Positions 10,293 through 19,986 of a stretch of DNA of 64,000 nt are shown piece after piece. The stretch comes from Candidatus Marinacidobacterium sp. (GTDB lineage: Bacteria > Acidobacteriota > Vicinamibacteria > Marinacidobacterales > Marinacidobacteraceae): assembly GCA_965204755.1 (NCBI GenBank), contig OZ242011.1:1120001-1184000 (forward strand), given 5' to 3'. How positions within the stretch are numbered: the stretch's first letter is position 1; the number at the start of each line of letters is the position of its first letter. A program made the translations under genes and the position numbers. The notes beneath the pieces are model-generated. The model did no database searches. It saw only the letters and a list, made by a program, of their open reading frames with translations, and was not told where the DNA came from.

Positions 10293-11003
10293 TCAGTCCT
10301 TCCCGGCGCGCGCGGCGCCGGCCATCCGCCGGGCGAGGGCCATGAGCAGCCGGGTCTCCCGGTGGGTGAGGCCGGCGCGGCCGAACAGGTCGCGCCACGC
10401 CGCGAAGCGGACTTCCGGTTTCTCGGGCGGCAGGAGTCCGATGTCGGTCATCGCGTCCCGCAGCAGGGAGAGCGCCCGTTCGGCTTCCTCGGCGCGGGCC
10501 CGCGGCGGAGGGGCCGCGCCGGAGGCCGGGGAGGCGCGGGCCAGGTGGATCTCGTAGGCGGCGACCATCGCCGCCTGCGCCAGGTTCAGCGAAGGCTGGC
10601 GGGGCGAGGAAGGGATCCGCACCTGCCGCTGGCAGAGCGAGCGCTCCCGGAGCGTCAGCCCGGTGGCCTCGCTCCCGAAGACCACGGCCGCCGGGCCCTC
10701 GATCCGCGAGGTTTCGGCGGCGAGTCCGCGGGGGCTGAGGTGGGCGATGCGGTCGCGGCCCCGGCCGCTCAGCCCGGCGACGAACCGGCAGTCGCCCACC
10801 GCCTCGGCGAGGTCGTCGAAGACCCGGGCGTTTTCCAGCACTTCCTCCGCTTGCCACGCCATCCGGAACGCGCCGACCGTCCGCCAGTCGCCGGGAGCGA
10901 CCAGCCGGAGTTCGTCGAGGTCGGCGTTCGCCAGCACCCGCGCCACCGCGCCGATGTTCTCCGGGCGGGCGGGCCGGACGAGGACGAAGTGCACCGGCCC
11001 CAT
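10293..11003 (-). CDS. TrmJ/LasT-family SPOUT RNA methyltransferase
   Basis: VLVRPARPENIGAVAR, VFGSEATGL, SLNLAQA. Start approximate. Confidence 0.88.
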   Translation of the reverse strand: MGPVHFVLVRPARPENIGAVARVLANADLDELRLVAPGDWRTVGAFRMAWQAEEVLENARVFDDLAEAVGDCRFVAGLSGRGRDRIAHLSPRGLAAETSRIEGPAAVVFGSEATGLTLRERSLCQRQVRIPSSPRQPSLNLAQAAMVAAYEIHLARASPASGAAPPPRARAEEAERALSLLRDAMTDIGLLPPEKPEVRFAAWRDLFGRAGLTHRETRLLMALARRMAGAARAGKD

Positions 11004-11058
11004 GGGAAAGGTTCGTATCGTAGGCTCGGATCGGCTCCCGCCCGTTCCGCCCGGCGCC

Positions 11059-11355
11059 ATGACCGACGACCGACCCTTCCTCGACGCCGCCCCGGAGGGA
11101 TGCGCCGGCGCCTTCACCCTGCCCTCGCGGAAGTGGCGGGAACTCCTGTTCGTCGGGGCGATGCGGGCGGACGCTGACGGGCTCTATCGGCGCGACCCGA
11201 CCCGGCCGCTGCCGCCGATGCGCGACCCCGCCCTGTTCGCGGCCGGCCGCCGTTTTCGGGTCGAACTCCTCGGTGAGCCGGGAGGCCGGCCGCCGGACCG
11301 GCTCAACCCGCGCCGCCGCGACCGCTCCCGGGTTCGGCTGACGCCCGTGGAGTAA
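11059..11355 (+). CDS. Hypothetical protein
   Basis: Fills the gap between the SPOUT gene and hisS with plausible composition (MTDDRPFLD...). No family recognised. Confidence 0.45.
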   Translation: MTDDRPFLDAAPEGCAGAFTLPSRKWRELLFVGAMRADADGLYRRDPTRPLPPMRDPALFAAGRRFRVELLGEPGGRPPDRLNPRRRDRSRVRLTPVE

Positions 11356-11376
11356 GGCGGCCGGCTGACGCTTCGG

Positions 11377-12810
11377 CTACGCCGGCGGTAACGGCTCTTC
11401 CCGTTCCTCCCCGGCGGCCGCGAGTCGGGCGGGAACCTCGGCCAGCGGCAGCGCCGCCTGTTCGCCGGAACGGAGGTCCCGCACCGTCAGCCGGCCGGCC
11501 GCGGCCTCGTCCGGCCCCAGGATGAGGGCGAAACGCGCCCCGTCCCGGGCGGCGCGGGCGAGTTGCTTGCCGACCTTTCCGGAGTCCGGCGAGACCGCGA
11601 CCCGCGCGCCGGCGCGGCGGAGACGCGCCGCCGCCCCGAGCGCCTCTTCCGGAGGCAGCCCCGGAAGCGGGCAGAGCACGGCAGGCGCGCCCGTCTCCTC
11701 CGGGCCGGCGGCGGCGCCTTCCTCGAGCAGGAGGAGGATGCGCTCCATCCCCAGCGAGAAACCCACCGCCGGGACTTCGCGGCCGCTGAACATCCCCACC
11801 AGGCCGTCGTACCGCCCGCCCCCGGCGATGGCCCCGCTTCCGCCCCCGCCGCCGGTCGGCGCCGCAGCCTCGGCCTCGAAGATGGGCCCGGTGTAGTAGG
11901 AAAGACCCCGGGCGAGCGACGGGGAAAAGCGCAGGACGCCCCCCTCCGGACCGGCGCCGAGACCGCCCTCCACCAGGTCGAAGAGCCGCAGCAGGTCGTC
12001 GGCGGCGGATCGAGCCGACTCGCCGGCCGCCCCCTCCAGGGCTCGCCCCAGGGCGCGGAGCCGCTCGCGGGCGTCCGTACCGCCCTCGTCGCCCGGCAGC
12101 AGTTCCAGGAGGCGCCGGGCGCGTTCGGGCCCCACCGGCGCGAGCCGGGCCAACTCCGCCTCGACGGCTTCGCGGCCGATCTTGCCCAACTTGTCGAGGG
12201 CGACCAGCGTTTCGGTCTCGCCCGCCGGCTCCACCCCGGCGGCGGCGATCAGGCCGCGGAGCAATTCCCGGTGGTTCACCCGCACCGCCGCGCCGCGGAA
12301 CCCGAGGTCCGCCAGGGCCTCGAAGAGCGCGAGCAGCGCTTCCGCGTCCGCGACGAGGGAGCGGCTGCCCACGATGTCCGCGTCGCACTGGGTGAACTCG
12401 CGGAACCGTCCGCGCTGCGCCCGGTCCGCCCGCCAGACCGGCTGGATCTGGTACCGCCGGAACACGGAGGGGAGTTCGCTGCGGTGCTCGGCCACCACCC
12501 GGGCGAGCGGGACGGTGAGGTCGTAACGGAGACCGAGTTCCGCGAGATCGCCCGGCTCGACCGGGGAGCGCGAGAGGGCGCGCTCGAGCCGTCCGCCCCG
12601 GTGGAGCACCCGGTAGATGAGCCGGTCGCCCTCCTCGCCGTACTTCCCGAGGAGCGTGGAGAGCCGCTCCATCGCCGGGGTCTCGAGCGGCGAGAACCCG
12701 TGCCGGAGGAAGGCCGCCTCCACCCGCCGGACCGCCGCCCGCCGCCGGAGCGCCGCCGCCGGCAGGTGGTCCCGCATCCCGCTGACCGGACTCGTGGAAA
12801 CGGCGGGCAC
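11377..12810 (-). CDS. hisS: Histidine--tRNA ligase
   Basis: SGMRD, LRYDLTVPLAR, YQIQPVWRADR, GRFREFTQCDAD, LARGLSYYTG, GGGRYDGL. Start approximate; the ORF-track N-terminal extension is spurious. Confidence 0.96.
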   Translation of the reverse strand: MPAVSTSPVSGMRDHLPAAALRRRAAVRRVEAAFLRHGFSPLETPAMERLSTLLGKYGEEGDRLIYRVLHRGGRLERALSRSPVEPGDLAELGLRYDLTVPLARVVAEHRSELPSVFRRYQIQPVWRADRAQRGRFREFTQCDADIVGSRSLVADAEALLALFEALADLGFRGAAVRVNHRELLRGLIAAAGVEPAGETETLVALDKLGKIGREAVEAELARLAPVGPERARRLLELLPGDEGGTDARERLRALGRALEGAAGESARSAADDLLRLFDLVEGGLGAGPEGGVLRFSPSLARGLSYYTGPIFEAEAAAPTGGGGGSGAIAGGGRYDGLVGMFSGREVPAVGFSLGMERILLLLEEGAAAGPEETGAPAVLCPLPGLPPEEALGAAARLRRAGARVAVSPDSGKVGKQLARAARDGARFALILGPDEAAAGRLTVRDLRSGEQAALPLAEVPARLAAAGEEREEPLPPA

Positions 12811-12933
12811 GGCGGCGCGGAGTCTATGGGCGGCCCGGCGTTCCCGGAGGGCGCGGCGGTCGGGCCCGGGGCCGACCCCGGCGGGCGTGCGAGAATCTTT
12901 CGAGCGTCGGCCCCCGCCGACCGGAGGTTCCCC

Positions 12934-13287
12934 ATGCGCACCCCTTCGACCCTCGTCCTCGCCGCCGGCTTCGTCCTCGGCGTCTCCCTTTCCGCGGGCC
13001 GCCTCGCCGGCGCGTCCGAGGAGCGCACCTGGGCCGCCCACATCACGGACAGCATGTGCGAAAAGGAGCACATGATGGACGGGATGAGCGACCCCGAATG
13101 CGCGGTCGCCTGCCGGGAGATGGGGGCGGACTACGCCCTGTTCGTCCCGGAGGAAGACCTCGTCTACGGCATCGCGAACCAGGAGGCGGTGGAGGAGTTC
13201 GCCGGAACCGATGTCACGGTGACCGGCGTTCTCGGCGAGGACGGCGCCACCGTCACGGTGCTGGAGATCACCGCCCGACCGGAGTAG
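12934..13287 (+). CDS. Small secreted protein (DUF5818-like, ITDSMC...CxxxC)
   Basis: Signal peptide, ITDSMCEKEH and ECAVAC motifs, VTVTG. RBS GGAGG upstream. Confidence 0.7.
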   Translation: MRTPSTLVLAAGFVLGVSLSAGRLAGASEERTWAAHITDSMCEKEHMMDGMSDPECAVACREMGADYALFVPEEDLVYGIANQEAVEEFAGTDVTVTGVLGEDGATVTVLEITARPE

Positions 13288-13320
13288 CGAACCCGCGGGC
13301 TTCGGGGCGGCCGGCCCCGT

Positions 13321-13329
13321 TGCTACACT
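13321..13329 (+). promoter_or_regulatory. Extended -10 promoter element (TGnTACACT) upstream of the long rho leader
   Basis: TGCTACACT in a GC-rich background at the start of a ~600 bp intergenic region. Confidence 0.5.
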
Positions 13330-13906
13330 CCCGCCCGGGGTGGCGGCTGTCCGCGGCGCCGGCGTAATCGCCGGGCCGCGGGCGGGCCGAATCGGTTCGG
13401 ACTCGAATCCACCGGGGCGGAGGTGTTCCGGCTCCGCGCCCCGTCCGGCTCGCGCCGGACCGCGGGGAAGCCGGAAGGACGGACGAAGGAGCGGCGACGC
13501 CGCTCCGGGCCCGGCCGGCAAGTCGGGCCGGGAGCAGGGGCCGCGGGAGACCGGGGGTCGGCGGCCTCGGCGCGGCCCTCCGGCGCCGCCCGGCCGTTTC
13601 GCGGTCGACGACCTTCCGGCGGGATCGCTGACCGGGAACCCGGCGCGATCGCCGGTCGTTTCCCGGACGATCCTTCGTTTCCGACGGCCGGCGGCGCGGA
13701 CGCCCGCGCCGCCGATCGACGCCGGGTTCCGGAGGCGGCCGAGCCGCCTGCCCGGCGCTCCCCTCCGCGGGGTGCGCCCGACCGGATGTTCCTTCGGGAG
13801 CGACCGGCGGGAGCGCCCCCCGGCCCACCGACTCCCCGGCCCGGCGCCCCGAACGGCCCGTTCTTTCCCGGCTGTCCGCCCGGACGCCCGGTTCCACGGA
13901 GGTTCC

Positions 13907-15196
13907 ATGCAAGACAACCGAGAAGAAGTCCCTTCCCGCCACGACCGCCCCTCCGGGCCCGGCCCCGCCCGGAGACCCCCGAAGCGGTTCGGACGCGACA
14001 ACCGCCCGCCCCGGCCGTCGGCGCCCCGGTCCGAGCCGCCTCCGGCCGCCCTCCCGCCGCCCGGCGAGGACCACGAGATCACCGGCCTGCTGGATGTCGG
14101 TCCGCGGGACACCGGGCACCTGCGGCTGCTCGAGAACAACTACCTGCCCCGCGCCGGCGATGTCCGCGTTCCCCTCGGGCTGATCGACCGCTACCGGCTG
14201 CGGGAAGGACACCAGGTCCAGGGCCGCCACTCCGTGCCCCGGCGGCGGCGGCGGCCCGGGCCGCCGCGCTCCGAACTCCACACCGTGGTCGAAGTCAACG
14301 GCTACCCGGTGGACGAGATGCCGCCGCGCCGCAACTACTCCGACCTGGTGAGCGAACACCCGGCCCCGCGGATCGAACTGGCGCTGGGAGACGACCCTTC
14401 GGTCTCGCTCCGGGTGGTGGACCTCATCGCGCCGGTGGGGCGCGGGCAGCGCGGGCTCATCGTGGCCGCCCCGAAGACCGGGAAGACCATCCTGCTGGAG
14501 CAGATCGGCGCCTCCATCTCCAAGCACTATCCGGGGATCCACCTGATCATCCTGCTCATCGACGAGCGCCCCGAGGAAGTGACCCACCTGCGGCGGGCGG
14601 TTCCGGACGCCCAGGTGGTGGCGTCCACGGCGGACAGCAGCAGCGACGACCATGTGCGCGTCGCCCGGATCGTGCTCGAACAGGCGCGCCGGCTGGTGGA
14701 GATGAAGGAGGATGTGGTCGTGTTGCTCGACTCGATCACCCGGCTGGGGCGCGCGGCGAACCGGGAGATGCGCGGCAAGGGCCGGACGATGAGCGGCGGC
14801 ATCGATTCGCGCGCCCTGGAATTCCCCCGGCAGTTCTTCGGGGCGGCGCGCAAGATCGAGGACGGCGGCAGCCTGACCATCCTCGGCACCTCGCTCGTGG
14901 ACACCGGCTCCCAGATGGACGAAGTCATCTTCCAGGAGTTCAAGGGCACCGGGAACATGGAACTCGTGCTCGACCGGCGGCTGGCGGAGTCGCGCATCTT
15001 CCCGGCGATCGACATCCACCAGTCCGGCACGCGCCGCGAGGAGTTGCTCCTCCCGCCGGAGGAACTCCAGAAGACCCACCTCCTGCGCCGGGCGCTGGTC
15101 GGGCTGAAGCCGCTCGAAGCCATGTCCCTGCTGCTCGGGCGGATGGAGCGGACGACGACCAACTCGGAGATGCTCGCCTCGATCCGGGCCTCGTGA
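13907..15196 (+). CDS. rho: Transcription termination factor Rho
   Basis: PVGRGQRGLIVAAPKTGKT, LIDERPEEVT, LLDSITRL, EFKGTGNME, RIFPAIDI. RBS GGAGG before ATG 13907. Confidence 0.95.
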   Translation: MQDNREEVPSRHDRPSGPGPARRPPKRFGRDNRPPRPSAPRSEPPPAALPPPGEDHEITGLLDVGPRDTGHLRLLENNYLPRAGDVRVPLGLIDRYRLREGHQVQGRHSVPRRRRRPGPPRSELHTVVEVNGYPVDEMPPRRNYSDLVSEHPAPRIELALGDDPSVSLRVVDLIAPVGRGQRGLIVAAPKTGKTILLEQIGASISKHYPGIHLIILLIDERPEEVTHLRRAVPDAQVVASTADSSSDDHVRVARIVLEQARRLVEMKEDVVVLLDSITRLGRAANREMRGKGRTMSGGIDSRALEFPRQFFGAARKIEDGGSLTILGTSLVDTGSQMDEVIFQEFKGTGNMELVLDRRLAESRIFPAIDIHQSGTRREELLLPPEELQKTHLLRRALVGLKPLEAMSLLLGRMERTTTNSEMLASIRAS

Positions 15197-15267
15197 TCCC
15201 GGCGGTCCCGCGCGTCCGCCGAAGCCGCGCCCGAACGGTTTCCACCGCGGGGCCGACGGCGGGCGGG

Positions 15268-15276
15268 TGCTAGAAT
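15268..15276 (+). promoter_or_regulatory. Extended -10 (TGCTAGAAT) for the rplU-rpmA operon
   Basis: TGnTAGAAT ~30 bp upstream of rplU. Confidence 0.6.
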
Positions 15277-15303
15277 CGCGGGTTCTCCGCCACGGCAAAC
15301 CCC

Positions 15304-15810
15304 ATGTACGCGATCTTCGAAAGCGGTGGAAAACAACACCGCGCCGAGCCCGGGCAGCGCCTCGCGCTCGAGAAACTCGCCGCCCCGGTGGGCGGGAAAG
15401 TCGTCTTCGACCGCGTGCTGCTCGTGCGCGATCCCGACTCCGGCGACTGCCGGATCGGCGCCCCCTATGTGGAGGGCGCCGAAGTGACCGCCTCGGTGGT
15501 CGCGCAGTACCGCGATCCGAAGGTCGTCGTGTTCAAGCGCAAGCGGCGGAAGGGGTACCGACGGAAGCGGGGGCACCGGCAGCACCGCACCCAGGTCCAG
15601 GTGGACGAGATCCGTTCGAGTTCGGAGAGCCTCGCCGGCGCCGCCCCGACCGTGACCGAGGCGCCGCCGACCGGGGAACCTTCGGCCGAAGAAGCCAACG
15701 CGGCCGGCGCCGAAGCGGGCGCCTCGAGCGGATCGGAGTCCCCTGCGGAATCCCCCGCGGAATCCCCTACGGAGTCCGCCGAAGTGAAGACCGGAACCGG
15801 CGACGACTGA
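15304..15810 (+). CDS. rplU: 50S ribosomal protein L21 with acidic C-terminal tail
   Basis: [13 protein letters not shown]...IGAPYV...[16 protein letters not shown]. Confidence 0.97.
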   Translation: MYAIFESGGKQHRAEPGQRLALEKLAAPVGGKVVFDRVLLVRDPDSGDCRIGAPYVEGAEVTASVVAQYRDPKVVVFKRKRRKGYRRKRGHRQHRTQVQVDEIRSSSESLAGAAPTVTEAPPTGEPSAEEANAAGAEAGASSGSESPAESPAESPTESAEVKTGTGDD

Positions 15811-15834
15811 TCGCGCGAACCGAAGGAGAATCCC

Positions 15835-16140
15835 GTGGCGCACAAGAAGGGACAGGGAAGTTCGCGGAACGGGCGTGACAGCCATTCCAAGCGGCTCGGC
15901 GTGAAGCGGTTCGCCGGCGAGCGGGTGCTCGGCGGCGCGATCCTGGTCCGCCAGCGCGGCACCCGGTTCAAGCCGGGCCCCGGAGTCGGACGCGGCCGCG
16001 ACGACACCCTCTACGCCCGGGTCTCCGGGGTCGTGGTCTTCCGCAACCGGGGACGGATGGGCCGGTTCATCTCCATCACCCCGGAACCGTCCCCGACCCC
16101 GCCGGCGCCGACCGGACCGGAACGGGCCGCCGAGTCCTGA
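15835..16140 (+). CDS. rpmA: 50S ribosomal protein L27
   Basis: [24 protein letters not shown]. Confidence 0.98.
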   Translation: MAHKKGQGSSRNGRDSHSKRLGVKRFAGERVLGGAILVRQRGTRFKPGPGVGRGRDDTLYARVSGVVVFRNRGRMGRFISITPEPSPTPPAPTGPERAAES

Positions 16141-16262
16141 CGGCCACGGCCGCGACCTCCTCGCCGGCCCTCCCGCCGGCCATCCCACCGGCCCTCCCGC
16201 GAGCCGTCGCGCCGCGCTTCCCGTCGGCGGGCCGGCCAGTACCTCCGCCGGCGGTTCCGCCG

Positions 16263-17390
16263 GTGGTTCCGCTGACCCTCGCGCCCCGGACCGCCCCCGC
16301 GCGGGAGCGCGGCCTCCCGACCGCCCGCGCCGCCTCGTCCGGCGGCCGGCCCCGGCTGGTGGACGAGGCGACGCTGGTCGTAGAAGGCGGGCGGGGCGGC
16401 AACGGCGCGGTGAGTTTCCGCCGGGAGAAGTTCGTCCCGAAAGGCGGCCCCGACGGCGGGAACGGCGGGCCGGGAGGGGAAGTCGCGCTCGTGGCCGACC
16501 CCGGGCGCCACACGCTGGCCCCCTACCGCTTCCGACCCTCGTACCGCGCCGGCGCCGGCGGCCACGGCGCCGGCGGCAACCGGCAGGGCAAGTCCGGCGA
16601 CGACCTGCGCCTCCGGGTCCCGGCCGGAACCGCCGCTTACGACCGCGAGAGCGGCGTCCTCCTCGGCGATCTCACCGGCGCCGGCGACCGGATCACGGTG
16701 GCCCCCGGCGGGAGGGGCGGCCGGGGGAACGCGGTGTTCCGGACGCCGACCAACCAGGCGCCCCGCCGGTCGGAGCCGGGCGAGCCGGGGGTCCGGCGCG
16801 AGGTGCGGCTGGAACTTCGCCTGCTCGCCGATGTGGGCCTCCTCGGGTTCCCCAACGCCGGGAAGTCCTCCTTCATCGCCCGGGTGAGCGGGGCGCGCCC
16901 CCGGATCGCCGACTACCCGTTCACCACCCTGACCCCGAACCTGGGGATGGTCCGGCTCGACGACGACACGGAATTCGTCCTCGCGGACCTGCCCGGCGTG
17001 CTCCCCGGCGCGAGCGAGGGCGCGGGGATGGGGAACCGCTTCCTGAAGCACCTCTCGCGGACCGCGCTGCTGGTCTATTTCGTGGATGTCTCCGAGTCCT
17101 CCGCCCGGAGCCCGGCGGACGACCTCGCGGCCCTCCGGGAAGAAGTCCTCCGGTTCGGCGCCGGCCTTCCCGGGAAGCCGGCCCTGGTCGCGGCGAACAA
17201 GACGGACATCCTGGACGACGGGACGCGGCTCGACCGGGTGCGCCGGGCCGCCGCCGCGCTCGACCTGCCGGTCTTCCCGGTCTCGGCGGCGACCGGCGCG
17301 GGCTGCCGGGAACTGACCGCCGTCCTCGGCGCCCGGGTGGCGGAGGGGCTCGGTCGGGCCGATCCGTCCCCGTCGCCCGACCGGCGATGA
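16263..17390 (+). CDS. obgE: GTPase ObgE/CgtA
   Basis: FRREKFVPKGGPDGGNGG, GFPNAGKS, YPFTTL, DLPG, NKTD. True start may be GTG 16359. Confidence 0.96.
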   Translation: MVPLTLAPRTAPARERGLPTARAASSGGRPRLVDEATLVVEGGRGGNGAVSFRREKFVPKGGPDGGNGGPGGEVALVADPGRHTLAPYRFRPSYRAGAGGHGAGGNRQGKSGDDLRLRVPAGTAAYDRESGVLLGDLTGAGDRITVAPGGRGGRGNAVFRTPTNQAPRRSEPGEPGVRREVRLELRLLADVGLLGFPNAGKSSFIARVSGARPRIADYPFTTLTPNLGMVRLDDDTEFVLADLPGVLPGASEGAGMGNRFLKHLSRTALLVYFVDVSESSARSPADDLAALREEVLRFGAGLPGKPALVAANKTDILDDGTRLDRVRRAAAALDLPVFPVSAATGAGCRELTAVLGARVAEGLGRADPSPSPDRR

Positions 17391-18058
17391 CCCGCCCGGA
17401 AGTCCGCCGCCCGGGTGTGGTCGCGGTCTTCGGCGGGACCTTCGACCCGCCCCACTGGGGGCATGTGCGCGCCGCCGAGGCGATCCGCGACCATTTGGGC
17501 GTGGAGGCGGTCTGGCTCGTCCCGGCCGCCGTCCCGCCGCACCGACCCCTCCCGCCGCGGCTCTCCCCCGAACAGCGGCTGAGGCTGGTCGCCGAAGCCG
17601 TCGAAGGCCGGCCCGGTCTCGCCGCCAGCGGGATCGAGATCGAGCGTCCGGGCCCGTCGTTCACCCTGGACACGCTCGACCGCCTCGCGGAAACGCGGCC
17701 CCTTCCTCCCGGCGGCGGCCCTTCGTGCCTCCTGGCGGTCGGCAGCGACGCGTTTCGGGAGATCCGCGCCTGGAGCCGCTGGGAGACCCTCCTGGACCGG
17801 CACCCCGTGGTCGTCGTGAGCCGGCGGGGCTATCCGCTCGACGAAGCGGCAGCCGCGCTGCCGACCCGCTTCCGGGCCGCCGCGACCCGGGATACCGCCG
17901 CCGACCTCACGCCGCCCCGCATCCTGCTCCTCCCCCTGTCGCTGCCCGACCCGGCCTCGGAAGAGATCCGGTCCCGGCTCTCGGAACGACAGCCGATCGC
18001 CGACCTCGTGCCCCCCGCCGTCGCGGACGCCATCAGCGCCCGAAGCCTCTACCGATGA
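17387..18058 (+). CDS. nadD: Nicotinate-nucleotide adenylyltransferase
   Basis: FGGTFDPPHWGH, PSFTLDTL, VGSD; conserved obg-nadD-rsfS order. Confidence 0.93.
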   Translation: MTRPEVRRPGVVAVFGGTFDPPHWGHVRAAEAIRDHLGVEAVWLVPAAVPPHRPLPPRLSPEQRLRLVAEAVEGRPGLAASGIEIERPGPSFTLDTLDRLAETRPLPPGGGPSCLLAVGSDAFREIRAWSRWETLLDRHPVVVVSRRGYPLDEAAAALPTRFRAAATRDTAADLTPPRILLLPLSLPDPASEEIRSRLSERQPIADLVPPAVADAISARSLYR

Positions 18059-18531
18059 GCGGCCGCGCCGCCCCGCCCGAACCGGCCTCGGCGGAACCGG
18101 CCGCGGACGCCTCCCTGCCGGAGTCCGGCCGGCAGGCGAGATTCGCCGCCGGAGTGGCCCTCGCCGAAATGGCGAGCGAAGTCGTGGTGCTGGACCTGCG
18201 CGGCCTGGCTGGCTTCACCGACTTCTTCGTGATCGCCACCGCCGACAGCGAGCGCCGGCGCCGCACCGTCGTCGAGGCGGTGGAGCGCCGGGTCCGGGAA
18301 GAATTCGGGCGGAAACCCACCCACCTGGAGGGCTTCCCCTCGGCCGGTTGGCTGCTCGCGGACTATGTGGACTTCGTGGTCCACATCTTCGCCGGGGAGA
18401 CCCGCGACCTCTACCGACTCGAGCGCCTCTGGGGCGACGCGGAGCGCTGGGTTCCGGAGCGCCCGCCGGCGGACTCCGCACCCGGCGCGACATCGCCGGG
18501 CGGCCGGGGAACCCCGGCGGCGGGCGCGTAG
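18055..18531 (+). CDS. rsfS: Ribosome silencing factor
   Basis: VVVLDLRGLAGFTDFFVIATA, WLLADYVDFVVHIF, YRLERLWGDA. Confidence 0.93.
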   Translation: MSGRAAPPEPASAEPAADASLPESGRQARFAAGVALAEMASEVVVLDLRGLAGFTDFFVIATADSERRRRTVVEAVERRVREEFGRKPTHLEGFPSAGWLLADYVDFVVHIFAGETRDLYRLERLWGDAERWVPERPPADSAPGATSPGGRGTPAAGA

Positions 18532-18579
18532 AATCGAACCGGCGGGAACGAAGCGGAGCGGGACGGGGGGCAATCGGAA

Positions 18580-19968
18580 GTGGGCGCCCGGACGCTGCTG
18601 TTCCTCGCCGGAATGGTGGTGGCGGCGCTGTTCCTGCTCGCGCTCGTGAACGGGAATTCGCAGCAGGTCACGGTCTCCCTGCCCCTCTTCGTCCCGCTTC
18701 GGACGGAACTGTGGAAGGTCCTGCTCGGCGGGGTGGGGATCGGCGCGGTGGCCGCGCTCGCGCTCGACGGCGCCGGGCGGATGCGGCGTTCGCTGCGGGA
18801 TCGGCGGCTCCGCCGAGGGCGCGAGCAACTCGAGGAAGGCGAGCGGCTCTTCCTCGAAGGCGTGGACGAGATGGCCTCCGGCCGGTTCCGCGAGGCCCTG
18901 CTCAGTTTCGAGGCGGCCGAGGAGTACTCCGGCGCCGATGTGCGGCTGCTCATGCGGAAGGCGGAGTGCCTGACCCGGCTCGACCGCCCGCAGGAAGCCG
19001 CCGCCGCCCTGCTCGAAGCGACGGAAGAGGACCGCAGCCACCGGGGCGTGGCCTATGCCCTCGCGCGGGCGCTGGCCGCCACCGGGGAGACCGAGCGCGC
19101 CCGGACGCTGCTGGAACGAACGGTCCCCGAGGATCCCGAGCCGCCGGTGGCCGCGCTCGGCCGCCTCCGCGACCTGCAGCGCGACGCCGGGGAGATCGCC
19201 GCCGCGCTCGAAACCCAACAGCAGATCCTCTCGCTGACCGCCCCCTCGGAACGGCCGGCGGAGGCCCGCCGGGCCCGGGCGCTCCGGCACGCGCACGGAC
19301 GAGCGCTGCTCGCCGAAGGCGACGCCGCCGAGGCGGTGCGGGTGTTCCGCGCCATCGTGGACGAAGACCCCGCCGCGGTTCCGGCCTGGGTGCGCCTCGG
19401 CGAGGCCTACCTCCGGGGCGGGAACGAGAAGTCGGCGGTCGCCGCCTGGGAACGCGCGTTCGAAGTCACCGGCGCCACCGCGCCGCTGACGGCGCTCCAG
19501 GACTACTACCTCGACCGCACCCGCCCGGAAGACGCCATCGCGCTCTGGAAGCGGGCGATAGAACGCACGAACGGGGGCGCGGCCGCCCAGTACCTGCTCG
19601 GCCGGCTCTACGACCAACTGTTCATGCTCGACGACGCCCTGCGCACTTTCGCCAACCTGCCGCGAACCTCGGCCCCGGCCCTCGCCGCCCGGCTCTCGAA
19701 GATCCTCGAGACCCGGGGCGACCTGCCGCAGGCGGTGGCCCGCGCCCGGGAGGTCCTCGCTTCGCTGCCGGCGCTCTCCGCCGAGTACTCCTGCTCCGGC
19801 TGCGGCGCCCGCTACGAGGACTGGACGGACGCCTGCCGCGCCTGCGGCGCCTACGGCGCGGTCCGGCTGGACTTGGGGGCGCCCGACCCGGAACGCGAGT
19901 CGGAAGCCGCGCCCCCGGCCGAACCGGCGCCCGAGCCGGCGCCGGAGCCGGCCGCCCACCCGGGCTGA
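18580..19968 (+). CDS. LapA-like membrane domain fused to LapB-like TPR protein with C-terminal rubredoxin-like motif
   Basis: Two N-terminal TM segments around NSQQVTVSL, TPR-like helices, YSCSGCG...CRACGAYG. Confidence 0.78.
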   Translation: MGARTLLFLAGMVVAALFLLALVNGNSQQVTVSLPLFVPLRTELWKVLLGGVGIGAVAALALDGAGRMRRSLRDRRLRRGREQLEEGERLFLEGVDEMASGRFREALLSFEAAEEYSGADVRLLMRKAECLTRLDRPQEAAAALLEATEEDRSHRGVAYALARALAATGETERARTLLERTVPEDPEPPVAALGRLRDLQRDAGEIAAALETQQQILSLTAPSERPAEARRARALRHAHGRALLAEGDAAEAVRVFRAIVDEDPAAVPAWVRLGEAYLRGGNEKSAVAAWERAFEVTGATAPLTALQDYYLDRTRPEDAIALWKRAIERTNGGAAAQYLLGRLYDQLFMLDDALRTFANLPRTSAPALAARLSKILETRGDLPQAVARAREVLASLPALSAEYSCSGCGARYEDWTDACRACGAYGAVRLDLGAPDPERESEAAPPAEPAPEPAPEPAAHPG

Positions 19969-19986
19969 CGCCGGGGAGCCCCGCAG

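Noticed and set aside
12811-14139. Long N-terminal extensions of HisS (920 aa) and Rho (618 aa)
   Set aside because: Low-complexity open frames typical of high GC. The HisS extension overlaps real opposite-strand genes, and Rho has a good RBS at 13907.
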